This document shows, piece by piece, positions 1 to 11,264 of a stretch of 64,000 bases of DNA; within the stretch, counting starts at the first letter, position 1, and the number at the start of each line of letters is the position of its first letter. Source of the DNA: Lingula anatina (Eukaryota; Animalia; Brachiopoda); assembly GCA_051362555.1 (NCBI GenBank), contig CM120646.1, forward strand, positions 13,206,001 to 13,270,000. Direction: 5' to 3'. The notes below the pieces were generated by a model, which did not search any database, was not told where the DNA came from, and was given only the letters and a program-made list of their open reading frames with translations. A program made the position numbers and the translations under genes.

Positions 1-84
1 GCTGGAACACAAATAGCCACCGATGTCAACGGTCTCACCTGTAGCATTTTCGCTCAATCATTTCATTCCTCATTCGGACAATAA

Positions 85-924
85 GGCCACACTTTTTTAT
101 TTTTATGGATGACATCCTCTGGGTACCCCAAAATCGGTGCGAGAGGGCGAAAAAAAAACAGTCCAAAAAAAAAAAAGTACTGCTTAAGTAAAAGAATGCT
201 GTCAGTACACAGCTGGAAACACAAATTTTACCACAGAAACACGTATCAAACTAACAATATGTCTTTATCCATGCTCACAAAATATTAAAGCATTGTGAAT
301 ACTTCGTAGAAATGTTAAAAAAAAGTCATGAATCGATATACTTCATATTACCAAATCTATTTAAGGTTATTTCATGCATTTTGTTGGTATAGCAATCAAT
401 AAAACAAATATCAAACAAACAGTGTGTCTTTATTTATATTCTGAGAATATTAAAGTATTTTGAACACTTCACAGAAATGTTTAAAAAATGGTGCAAAGAT
501 ATGCTTAATACTACCAAATCTATTAAAGGTCATTTCGGACGATGCCATTTTGTCTACTTCGACTCACATGAAGCAGCCAAACTGGCCTGTCCGACCTTCA
601 GCCCACCAAATACCTCGACGCCCTTGTCGACCATTTTTCGCTACAGAAAACCTGGTATGTGCTGCTTTGTACAGAATGTCACAGAACTTTTTCGGGCGAT
701 AATCGCTGGCTGCCGCCAGCCTTTCGCACAATTGTAAAAAGGTGATATCTCCATGCCCAATATCAATGGCATACCAATCCAAAACGACGGCGCCCGTTCG
801 ATTTATGACTTTTATTGGCGTGTAATTTGAAAGTAATCCTAGAGATGAATTTGCATGCGCAGAAAGCTCATTTCATGGCATATTCAACAGCGACAACCGA
901 CTTCGTTGGGGGCTGGGGGGGGGG

Positions 925-968
<44 letters not shown>

Positions 969-1029
969 AGAACGGGCGAAAATCGGTGCGCGCGCAGGAT
1001 GTCATCCATAAAAATAAAAAAGTGTGGCC
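85..1029. mobile_element. Non-autonomous PIF/Harbinger-type DNA transposon (945 bp)
   Basis: Perfect 34-bp terminal inverted repeats GGCCACACTTTTTTATTTTTATGGATGACATCCT (85-118 and 996-1029), flanked on both sides by TAA (82-84, 1030-1032). A 3-bp TWA target duplication with GGC termini is typical of Harbinger/Tourist elements. There is an internal diverged duplication with a period of about 165 bp (starting at 244 and 409), and no transposase ORF. Confidence 0.85.
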
Positions 1030-1227
1030 TAAGTTATTTTTACATTGTCATGTGTACACTTTCTATAACGGCCAGGGTGAACTGCGTTTATCACACGCAT
1101 GTATACAGTGACATCGCAGTGTAAACGATATCTGACGCTTTTGTGAAACGTTTATTTATTTATTTATATTTATATAATTTATTCTAAGGTACTTCTGCGG
1201 ACAACCAAAGCTAAATGTATCCTATTT

Positions 1228-1228
<1 letters not shown>

Positions 1229-1300
<72 letters not shown>
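1229..1300. repeat. Compound (GT)n(GA)n microsatellite
   Basis: Read directly from the sequence. Confidence 0.95.
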
Positions 1301-1303
<3 letters not shown>

Positions 1304-2416
1304 GAAACGGTAAAAAAATTCAAAATGATGCTGCAAGCTGAGAAGTTTACAATAACGCGAGGTCCTTTTGGTCTCAAAGATTTAAAATACTTAACATACT
1401 TGACCCCTTAGATATAGTATAATGTATTCATCACTGATCAATTCGGCACAGGACATACAAAACACTGTGCATAACTAATAAACTCAAACAGGAACGATTT
1501 CCAAAACTTTTTGAAAACTTTGTCAGCATGAAAAAAATAATTTATAATAAATTTGACATAAAAATATTATCCACAGCCATCAGAGCAGCCTCACAAAATT
1601 TATCACATTGGTTGAAATGAAGGTATAATAGCCGAAATATACCGCTCTACATATTTCAAGCCGCCATTTATTTTGATGAACACTTTTGGAAACCAAGTCA
1701 CTTTTAATGATGCTTAGCACTTGTGAACGCAGAGAACGTTGATTTATTGAATAGAATGCCGTGTTTGTCGGATATATTTATTTCGCACACCATTCGAATA
1801 AATAATCTAAAAGATAATTTATGTTACTGAAACAAAATTAATCAAATTAAGCAAGAGATCAACGAATTTGTAAATTTCGAGCATGAAAAATGCACGAAGT
1901 AATATGAGATTTGACATAGACGTGATTAATTTTTTTAGAATTGCCAATGGTTCATATTTTGCAAAATAAACGGTAGTTGTTCCCTAACTGCTTCTGAGCA
2001 GTGTATATTCCCCTACTAAAAGGTCTTACCCCTTCTGCAATGCGCAAAATGATAAATATGTGAAATGAAATATAAAAGTGGTAATAACACAGCGAAATTT
2101 AAAATAGGCAACCATGCACTGCTAAGTAAAATTGAGGGAGAGAAAGATAAGGAGGGATTTTAGAAACTCACACGCATGCACGGTATGAAGGAAGTTCAAA
2201 ATATGCTGCAGTCTGACGGGTTGGCATCAATTAAGGCAAGGTCCGTCCTTATGATCTCATAGTCTTAAAATACGTTATTATACATTTAAATATTATTAAA
2301 ATGTATTCTTTCCTCTATTCTGAATTCGATAAAAAAAACATGCAAAACACAGTACATACCCCGTTACGAATAAAAACAAACAAAAATCATTTTAAAGCTT
2401 TTGGAAACCATGGCAT

Positions 2417-2462
<46 letters not shown>

Positions 2463-2834
2463 GATAATGATCACTTAAACTACTACGTGAACCTAAAGAA
2501 GGCCCATTTAATGGTGAGAATGTTGTGTTTGTCCGTTATCTGCAACATGTCGTATTAATAATCTATTGGAAAATCAATGAAAAAAGTTACGTAAACCTAG
2601 AATTATATATAGTTATCAACTCCCAGCATGAAAATGAATGGAGTGTTATTAAAGTTGACATAGAGATACAATCCGTTGCCGCCCAAATTTATATCATTGG
2701 TTTCAGTGAAGCTATAATAGCCACGTAGAATCTCCGACTTTATTCATTTTAAGAGTTTGTTCATCCTGAGCACACTACTTGTTTGTTTGTAGAATTTCAC
2801 TTGAAGCTGAATTATTAGACGATCTAAACACGAG

Positions 2835-5800
2835 ATGCTTTGTTTCAAAGCAATGTTGATCGCCTTATGTTTACCAAGAGGTATGTAAATATATATATAA
2901 ATATTGTATTTTGATCTGTTTGCGCCCCTGACGAGGCCTCCGAGCCGAAACAGCTGTAGGGACTTATGTAAATTATAATGGAGAGAACAGATTAACTTTG
3001 TTCGTTTTTTTGTCTTTTATATATATATGGTAATAAAATTGTTATTGATCACGGTATATCATATTAAACTACAAAGTTTGGCAAATGCAATTTAGTGGTA
3101 TTCATTTTATGTGGTTTGTAAAAAAATCTGATTATGATACTTTTTAAAGATTATTGCATAAATATTTAAAAAACATTCAGATCGATTCAAAAATTAAGTA
3201 AAGGAATGCTTATTTAATCAAAGGTGTGGCAGGGAAATGTATCAATGTTTTATTTACATAAAATTTAGGAAAACATTTCCAATTTACCAAGAGTATATTA
3301 CTAGCTATTTTAATAACAGAAAAGTAGACTGTATTCAGATGAAAAATTATTAGTAATTTTTTCCACTTAATGTACATCTTAACCTATGTCAGTGTGGAAC
3401 ATTGATAAAAATGGCTTTTGATACAACCTTATATAATTTGAAAAATATAGGATCTGAAAAAGATTAGTATTACTTAACATTATATTTGAATTATAACTTT
3501 TAGTGTCATATAATACCAAAAAGAAGAGTTTAATCCCTCACAAGTGACGTTGGTCACTTCAGAGTATTTATTACGGGAAACAATGAGGTTTTTTTAGCTG
3601 ACACAGAGAACCTCTCCTTCAAGGTGCCTGCTTGCTAAGTAGATATGCCTGCAAATATTACAAAGTTTAGCTCTTGGTTGGCAGGCTATTCCCAATTTGT
3701 TGTAAATGTAATATATTCTTAAGAAAATGCAGATATTTTCTAACAAGCTGTACAGAATATTCATGGGCAGGCTTTTTCCTAAAATATGTACAAAACTTTG
3801 GTAACTTATGTAAGGTACAGGTTGTATATACAAACTGGCAACTTCGGTAACTTATTTCTTTGGTATATGTTTTAATCAATATCAATATTTTTTCTTTACA
3901 TGTTTATGCAATAATCTTTATATGTATCATCATCAGATGTCTTTAAACTAATTATCATTTCCCAGACCTGTAAGTTTAACATGATATACCTTAATCTCTA
4001 ATATCCGCAATTTTGTAATTAAAATAACACATGCCATACAAACAAACTGGCAGCTCACCTGTAAATTACTTGACCAATTATGCTGTTAATAATGCAAAGA
4101 CCCAGTTGGGATCCGGTCTAGTCCAGCTACTAACTTGACTAGATTGGGATCTGCCCTGTGACATTCATATGCATTGTTCTTATACTACAAAGTATAGGTG
4201 AAAGTAACGCATTGTTACGACCGTATTGCGACTAATAATTTTTTTATGAAAACGTTATACAAATCCTAACATTTTTTACTTAAATTTGGGAATGCAATTC
4301 CTTAAAGGACTATTACTAAAGAATATAGAACCAGCATTTTAGGAAGTATAGTCCAAGGGATGTCAAATCCAAGTAAAACTTTCAAAAATTCTTAAAGAAA
4401 GAGCCTGGCCTCACGCATTCCATTCATTTATGTTTGCTAAGAAGGCAGTGGAGCAGGCATTAGGCCAGGTGGAATTCATTAACATGTTAGAATACCCCAA
4501 AGACAATCGCTGAAATTATATGAGGACAGAAATGCCATGGGAAAAATGAAAGATGTAATTTTTTTCAATTCAAAGGATTTAGAAGTGCATGATTTTTATG
4601 TGACATTGATTTTTTAAGGCTCCTCGGTTTCACGCATGTTTTGGTTACAATATATGTTTACGTCAAGAGAGTTTCTTCTTTACTTTTATCTATTAAATAA
4701 GCTAATCAATAAAAAGACAGTTAACAGTTAACTTCTTTCTGAATTTAGCCCACTGTTATTTGAAGACAGTATTACTACCAGAAAGATTTTATAAAAAAAA
4801 ACTATTTTGCTTATATTTCCAGTTTCCACCATAAAATTTACCGCCGAATACTACTATTATAGTATTGGCATAGCGGATTTAACCGGTATAACGTCATTTA
4901 CATTTGACGTGAAAACATGTTGGCCAGTCGAACTTAATCTGTGTGACGTCAACGACAATTTCGAATGTGTGTTCAAATACCGGTGGGAACTTGACAATGG
5001 TATTACTAACCTATATACATTCCTGACCATGGATCCCATAACACAAAACACGCCAAATATTCTTAATTGCAACTCATTTAGGGCGTTTTGGATTAGCTGG
5101 GATGGAGATTACATCCAGTTAGGAAAGGGTCGAGATATCGGAAAGGAAACAATCCTGATGCACAGCATGGACTGTGATGCCAGAAGTGAACTTAAAGTTT
5201 TAGAAGTGAAATCTGGGTCATCTGGATCCACAGAATGGGATATCACCCCGTCAAATCGTGAGTAAATAAACAAACTGGTAACTTTAATTAGCGGTGCAAC
5301 ACTACATGTGTCAGCCGTCCTAATGCTTGTGCCCTCTTTACCTCTTAGATTGTTTTTTTTTTTTAAATAAAAAAAGACTTGACATTTAACATGCAAAGTT
5401 TTCCAAATCACTTTTCTTCGTTTTGTTTCTCATTTGTCTGACTGAATAAATGTAAACAAGGCTGTACACCGTGCTTTAATAATTTTAAAGAATCTTTCTG
5501 TCGTATTTGTCATTGCGACATCGGTTCTTTCACTGAATTTGCCAACGTAGCGAACGAAAATACGTGGCTGATTCTATGTCGTGCAACAAAATAGTTATTT
5601 GGTTCTCCGTGTTTTCTAAATTAATATATGTGAAGTTACACGCCTTAAACAAGACGCTTGTATCGGTGTCTATAATCATGGTACGCTTGACCGGCTGGTA
5701 CATCAAAGTCTCCCTGGAAATGTAATACCCTTAATAAGAGTACGCTCTTAATTAAAGAAACCTATTGAAAATCATAGGAGACTCGTTTTAAGAAAAATGT

Positions 5801-6770
5801 AATTTTCTACCTTTCTTGTTTGGATATAAAATTAAGCCGATATGATTTTTTTTCTTTTTCGCGAAGCAGTCTTAAAGGTAGAATATTTCTTCTTTTTTTT
5901 CTCTCCCTCTTTCTCTCTCTCTCTTATTTTATTTTTATTATTATTTATTTATTTTTTTTTTGCATATGAGCCACATCCTCCGCATTATTTATTAGGTCAG
6001 TGCTTTTTGCATGTTCAGTTTCAAAATCTGGGTTTTGACCGTCTTTTCCGAAAATCTGAAAAGGAGGCAGTATACGTTTAATACGGGTGCCCGAAGACGT
6101 ACATTAAAGAGAGAAGATGATGACTTTTTAACATTTTTAATTTTCAGTCTTGCAAGTATTTCACATGTCGAATTGTTTTGCAGTTATTTCTCATTAAATG
6201 ATATGAAATGCTCTTTGATTAAATGTTGAAACTGTTGTTTAGCATATTAGTTTCTTTATAATGTTTTGTAATTACTAAATATTATTGACTTTAACCCATC
6301 AAATCCGTCCACGTTGCCTAGATGCAGAAGCATGAGCGGACGTTTCTGTAATGATGACAGAAGTGACATTAACTGGTGTCTCTGATTTTCGGTAACTCAG
6401 ATATCATGATATCAACCTATACACCGCACATCGGTGTACAATAACATCAAATAGGTTGAGAACAACCTTCTGGAAGCATAATACTTTATTTGTTTCAAAT
6501 GTTTCAGAGACACGGAGACAAGCCGTCTTTTATAAGCGGCCATATGACCGTAGTATGGCGGAAATACTGGCCAATCTGACCATACAAGGGAACGAACTCT
6601 GTGCTTATGAGTGTCAGAGCAATGTGCGCTGTAACTCATTTAATATTGATCAGAGCCCGGATGAAGACATTGGTCTTTACCGATGCCAGCTGAAGGCAAT
6701 TTCTTTAGGTGGAGTCCATCTCCAAGCGAGTGCACTCCCCGTTGATCACTGGGAAATGGTATACAACTAA
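2835..6770 (+). CDS. Secreted protein (~247 aa): signal peptide, farnesoic-acid O-methyltransferase-like (Methyltransf_FA) domain, C-terminal PAN/apple-like domain
   Basis: Exons 2835-2880 (MLCFKAMLIALCLPR, donor GTATGT), 4823-5257 (donor GTGAGT) and 6508-6770. Both introns are phase 1 and the CDS totals 744 nt. Exon 2 has ILNCNSFRAFWISWDGDYIQLGKG, matching the FAMeT-domain F-W-I-S-W...V/L-G-x-G signature. Exon 3 has CAYECQSNVRCNSFN...CQL, the PAN cysteine pattern. Confidence 0.75.
2925..2961 (+). ncRNA. Minimal type I hammerhead ribozyme motif (Penelope-like element type)
   Basis: Sequence reads ccc-CUGACGA(2928-34)-GGC[cuccga]GCC-GAAA(2947-50)-CAGCUG-UA-ggg. The catalytic core is complete, stem II is 3 bp, stem III is the palindrome ACAGCUGU, the cleavage triplet is GUA (2956-58), and stem I is CCC/GGG. 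Confidence 0.75.
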
Positions 6771-8492
6771 CTATAGCACGGCCGACTTGACAACGTCACT
6801 ATATGACGTCATTTTGCCACATAAGACTGACGTCACATACCAAAAACAAGCTGATTAAACCAAAAGGCAGACCTAGTTCAATTAATACGCATCAGTCAAC
6901 GATAACAAATCTTCGTCTTCTTGCATCATACTTTGGGCGAATGGAATGGATAATATTTCATTATAGCGGATCCATAAGAATCCACCATATACCAAGTACT
7001 GAACACAGGAGCACAGGAGGACTACTTTTTAAGTGCTTTTTTTCCTCCTTTCTTTTTAGTGATTTTGTTTCATGGCTCTAGAAATAAAGGTCTTTATTTG
7101 GCACTTCCTGTTCTTAAGTAATTCTAAATTTGCTTTCTTAATCAAAATTGTTATATGCAAACTTATCTTGGGAGTTTTTATCAGGCCTTTAATTGTTTTT
7201 CGTCGTAATTTTATTTTAATAAACAATGGGCTTATAATGAGTATCCTTTGTTGTTCAATAAACCAAAATGATTTACAGATAGTAATCTACCATTAGATTG
7301 ATCTGTTTATGGGAAATGAAGAACAATGTTATCTTGGATACTGCCAAAGCAATTTGCCACCAATAAAACTAAATTTTCATTCATGAGGGATGTGCATTAT
7401 TTACATGTACTTGAAACTAGTTTACGCTTTGTAAAAAATGTATATATCGTTGGTAACAATACGGCGAGTAGGCCTTCACATCGATAAATCATTGTGAATG
7501 GTGTGTACTTCGATAAAAAATACAGTAAACAATTGTTCTGTCATCACTAGCATCTTCAGTTCTACACAACTTTAACTGGCCATTTGAAGGGGGGGGGGGC
7601 GGGACATCGAAATATGGTGTCGCTTCAAACATCTTCATTAAGAAGCTGCTAAAAAGGGATCAAGTGATTTGCATGCAAGCACGAAGTTTGTAGAACAGGC
7701 ACGATTTAACATTTTAATACGTGTCCCTGGGAAACGGCAGGTTATATAGTATTGCCTTATGCAGATTTTTTTTTGCATTCTTGAGTGGCCGTAATGTGTT
7801 ATAAATTTAGTATTCCGTGGCTGCTTTTTCAACGTAAGGATATGTATATACACAGAAATCCAGACTGTTTCCAGTAATCAGCATAGATCTCGCCTTATTA
7901 ATCATTAACTCTTACCAACGCAGGGAGTATACAGAGACAGATTGTATATTTCGTGTTTTATTTTCGTTATTTAATGCAGGTCCACATGCCCATATTCTGC
8001 GAGGTGAGCTGGGGCTGCAACTTTAAATGCATTTTTTCTTCTTTTGGAGGGGGGAGTCTTCCTTTTTCCTAATCCATCAGAAATATTTCACTTTGCCTTC
8101 AATCAGCGTCTAAATGAGTACAACAAGCGGCACAAACACGCTTTACTTGAATTTTTTGTAGGCCTTCAACGACTGCAGCCCACATTTTTCTCATTCAACA
8201 TCCCAGGTAATTGATTGACATAAAAAGACTTACATAATTTAGCATTGATTTTAAGTTGCAACAATTAATTTTGATGTTGTTCTTATCGATAATGCAATAC
8301 TAAGTAATTTGCTAATGCGGCCTGTGCAGTCATTCAGTTGATCCATAATGTTCTTGGCCAGTATTTGTTATGTCACCTGCAAAATCATGGCATTTAAAGG
8401 AAAATTGTAACTGTCAACTTAAATTCAGCAATCTTTAGGTCTTTTGTAAGCAAAGGTACTGTGGACAAAATACAACATTAGACCTGCAAGTA

Positions 8493-8541
<49 letters not shown>

Positions 8542-9889
8542 AAGAAGGAGAAAAATGGAAACAACGCCCTTTCTGTTTATGAAAAAAACTATTTTTCTGC
8601 ACAATATCCTTCTTTACATTACAGACTCAGTTCATGGAACCTTAAGTAGAGATGATATTTTTTCATGAACCAATCAAGTAAACCCATTGAAATTTAAGCT
8701 AGAAATAGATGTTTTACATAACGGCACTGCAGTATTGACTTATTTATTAATGGCTTTACATAGGATAATGAAACAGAACTATTCTTTACTTGTATAATTA
8801 TTATGGCCCTTGGACACACTAATGCTGATTTCGCGGCTGAATCTGATTCTTGATTCCAACTTTATCATAGCGTCCTCTTTACTAGCTAGGTGCCTATAGC
8901 TGAAATATTCGTAATTCTCGGCATCTAATGACCGTATCAGCTATGTCAGGCTCCACGGGTAAGATTGTAGTTTTCGTCCAAAATGTAGCAATGGAATGAA
9001 AGAAGGGAAGGAAAGATTGTGCTTTGTACTCAAAATAGTGCAACTAACACAATCGAGGCATATACGGGGCTCTTTAACTCGAAAGCACTGCAAATTGCGA
9101 CCGCACGCAAGCATAGTATCAATAATTCGCTATTTGCGATGGCGATTGCACCCACCTGATAACTCGAAGCCTTAGCAAACGCAACACAATTATAGCCTCG
9201 TACGCTACTAAAATTCGATTGCCGCATAAAGTGAAGACATAACACAATAACACATGATGTAATTTATTTCAGTATAATGCTAATCAAGATATAGTTTTTA
9301 TTTACAGGAATATCACAATTACATATATTGATATTTGAAGTGTTTGACACCAATAAAATGTCAAAAAAAAAAAAAAAATCAATGATCGGAGCGCATGTAT
9401 TTGGACTGGCAATTACTGTGTTTGGACTGAAATAACGTTCCAAATTGGTCCATTTAAAAGCTAATTCTTTATCAAGCGCCGGACTGTTGTCCATATCTTC
9501 TTATTTATATTTTTTGCTTGCTATTCACGCTGTAGCTCATTCCTCACTCATCATTGTTTATAAGAAAATCTACCTGATAGCATTCATACTCAACAATACG
9601 CTCGTACCAACAATAACATACATAAGCTAAGCACATATCCATTATGTTTACAAAATGCCCACATCGAATACTGCCATGGCAGATGAAAACTAAAAATGAG
9701 TTAGCAGATTATCATACTTGCTAGTACCATGCCTACTTGTATGCGTAATGGGATTTTGAATTAAAACCGTGTTACTGTTTGTGGCAACACATCTTCATTT
9801 CCCGCTTACATTTAAACCTTGCCAGCCAAGAAAAAGATCGATGAAAAGGCTTAACCCGGATGTGGTTAGTAAGCAATTTATGCGATTCA

Positions 9890-10133
9890 TTCACAAATGA
9901 CGCGGGCGCCCGGAACACGCTGCGCCTGCAACATGACACGTAAATCAGCTGATGCGCAAAACAGAGACGCGCAACCGGCAAATGAAATAGGTACGCAACC
10001 ACAGGTACACGTTTTTATGTGCTGACAGTCGCTGTTAAGAAAGATACCGCATATTTCTTCACCTTGAAGGCAGCTTGCACTGGCAAAAACCCACCAAACA
10101 GCTTCATCGACCTCGGCTGTTTATTCCATAAAG
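9890..10133 (+). promoter_or_regulatory. Probable ISYNA1 promoter and non-coding first exon
   Basis: CpG-rich patch containing CCGGAA, TGACACGTAA and CAGCTG motifs. A donor AAG|GTCAGT sits at 10133/10134, and an acceptor TTTACAG ends at 11221, just upstream of the ISYNA1 ATG. Confidence 0.45.
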
Positions 10134-10692
10134 GTCAGTTTAGGTCCACGTTTGATGGATATAGTAGCTGCTAATGTCACGATAACTAACAGTGCTAGTG
10201 CATATATATTACCCAAGGCTAATCTTTGAATGTTACTTGAATTATCAATATTATGAGGCAGAAGTAATTAAGCGAATTTGAAAGGTGGGCAGCAAAGGTA
10301 GATCTGACACATTTATGTTGTTCACATTTGTGGTTTATGTCGAACAATTTCATTATCATATCCCTGTATTTCTGTCTGTCCTGTTGTGAATGTTTAATTT
10401 GTAATTGACCTTTTCAAATTGGGTCGGTAAACTAACACTATGACACACTATGACAGTGTACATGGACACTTGGTAGTCCCTACGTACTTGTCTATGTAGT
10501 TTGAAGTTTGATTCACCTGCAGCTGCGCGCACCTGTGCTTGCATGCTTTTCTTTGTTTTTATTTGCTTACTAGTGTGCCTCATGAAATGCATGTTATTTG
10601 TCATTGGTGTGTATATGTTAGATAGTTTATGAATACGAATGTTTATTTCGTTATCGTTCAGTAAAACATTAACATACATAATGAGAGGAAAG

Positions 10693-10806
<114 letters not shown>

Positions 10807-11264
10807 ATATAGTCTAAACAGAAACATTACATAAAACAATATGTTATCAAAATCGAATCGCCTTTAAGAATTCATAATTGTGTCGATGCTGTAGGCTACA
10901 TTTAAAAGCTGCAGTTAAAGAGCCGCACTATAACCAACCAGTTTAACTTGTCATGTGATAGATAGAGAATATATTTATAAACCAAAGAAGAAAATAAAAT
11001 TACACTTTTTTTTCTTTGTTCAATAATTGGAATAATGGCAAGAAGCAGTAACCTGAAAATTTATGTGTATGGAAAGTGTAAGAATATTACAGTATGACTA
11101 GGGCCTATGGCAAAACCCTATTTAGCCATATGACAATTATTGGACGTGAGACTTTGGTCATTTACTCGTGTGGTCGGCCTGACGAAATGTTGCATCCCAT
11201 AAATTCGCTTTGTATTTACAGAAATTTGTTTCAAAGAAAAGAAAAAGTCTTTACCAGACCCAGT

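Noticed and set aside
460-2728. Short ORFs in the ORF track (poly-F and CVCV/ERER peptides)
   Set aside because: They are translations of transposon interior, poly-T runs and microsatellites, with no domain or splice support.
4105-4155. Small hairpin GATCCGGTCTAGTC...GACTAGATTGGGATC
   Set aside because: The stem is short and imperfect with no recognisable RNA family or TSD, so it is probably a repeat remnant.
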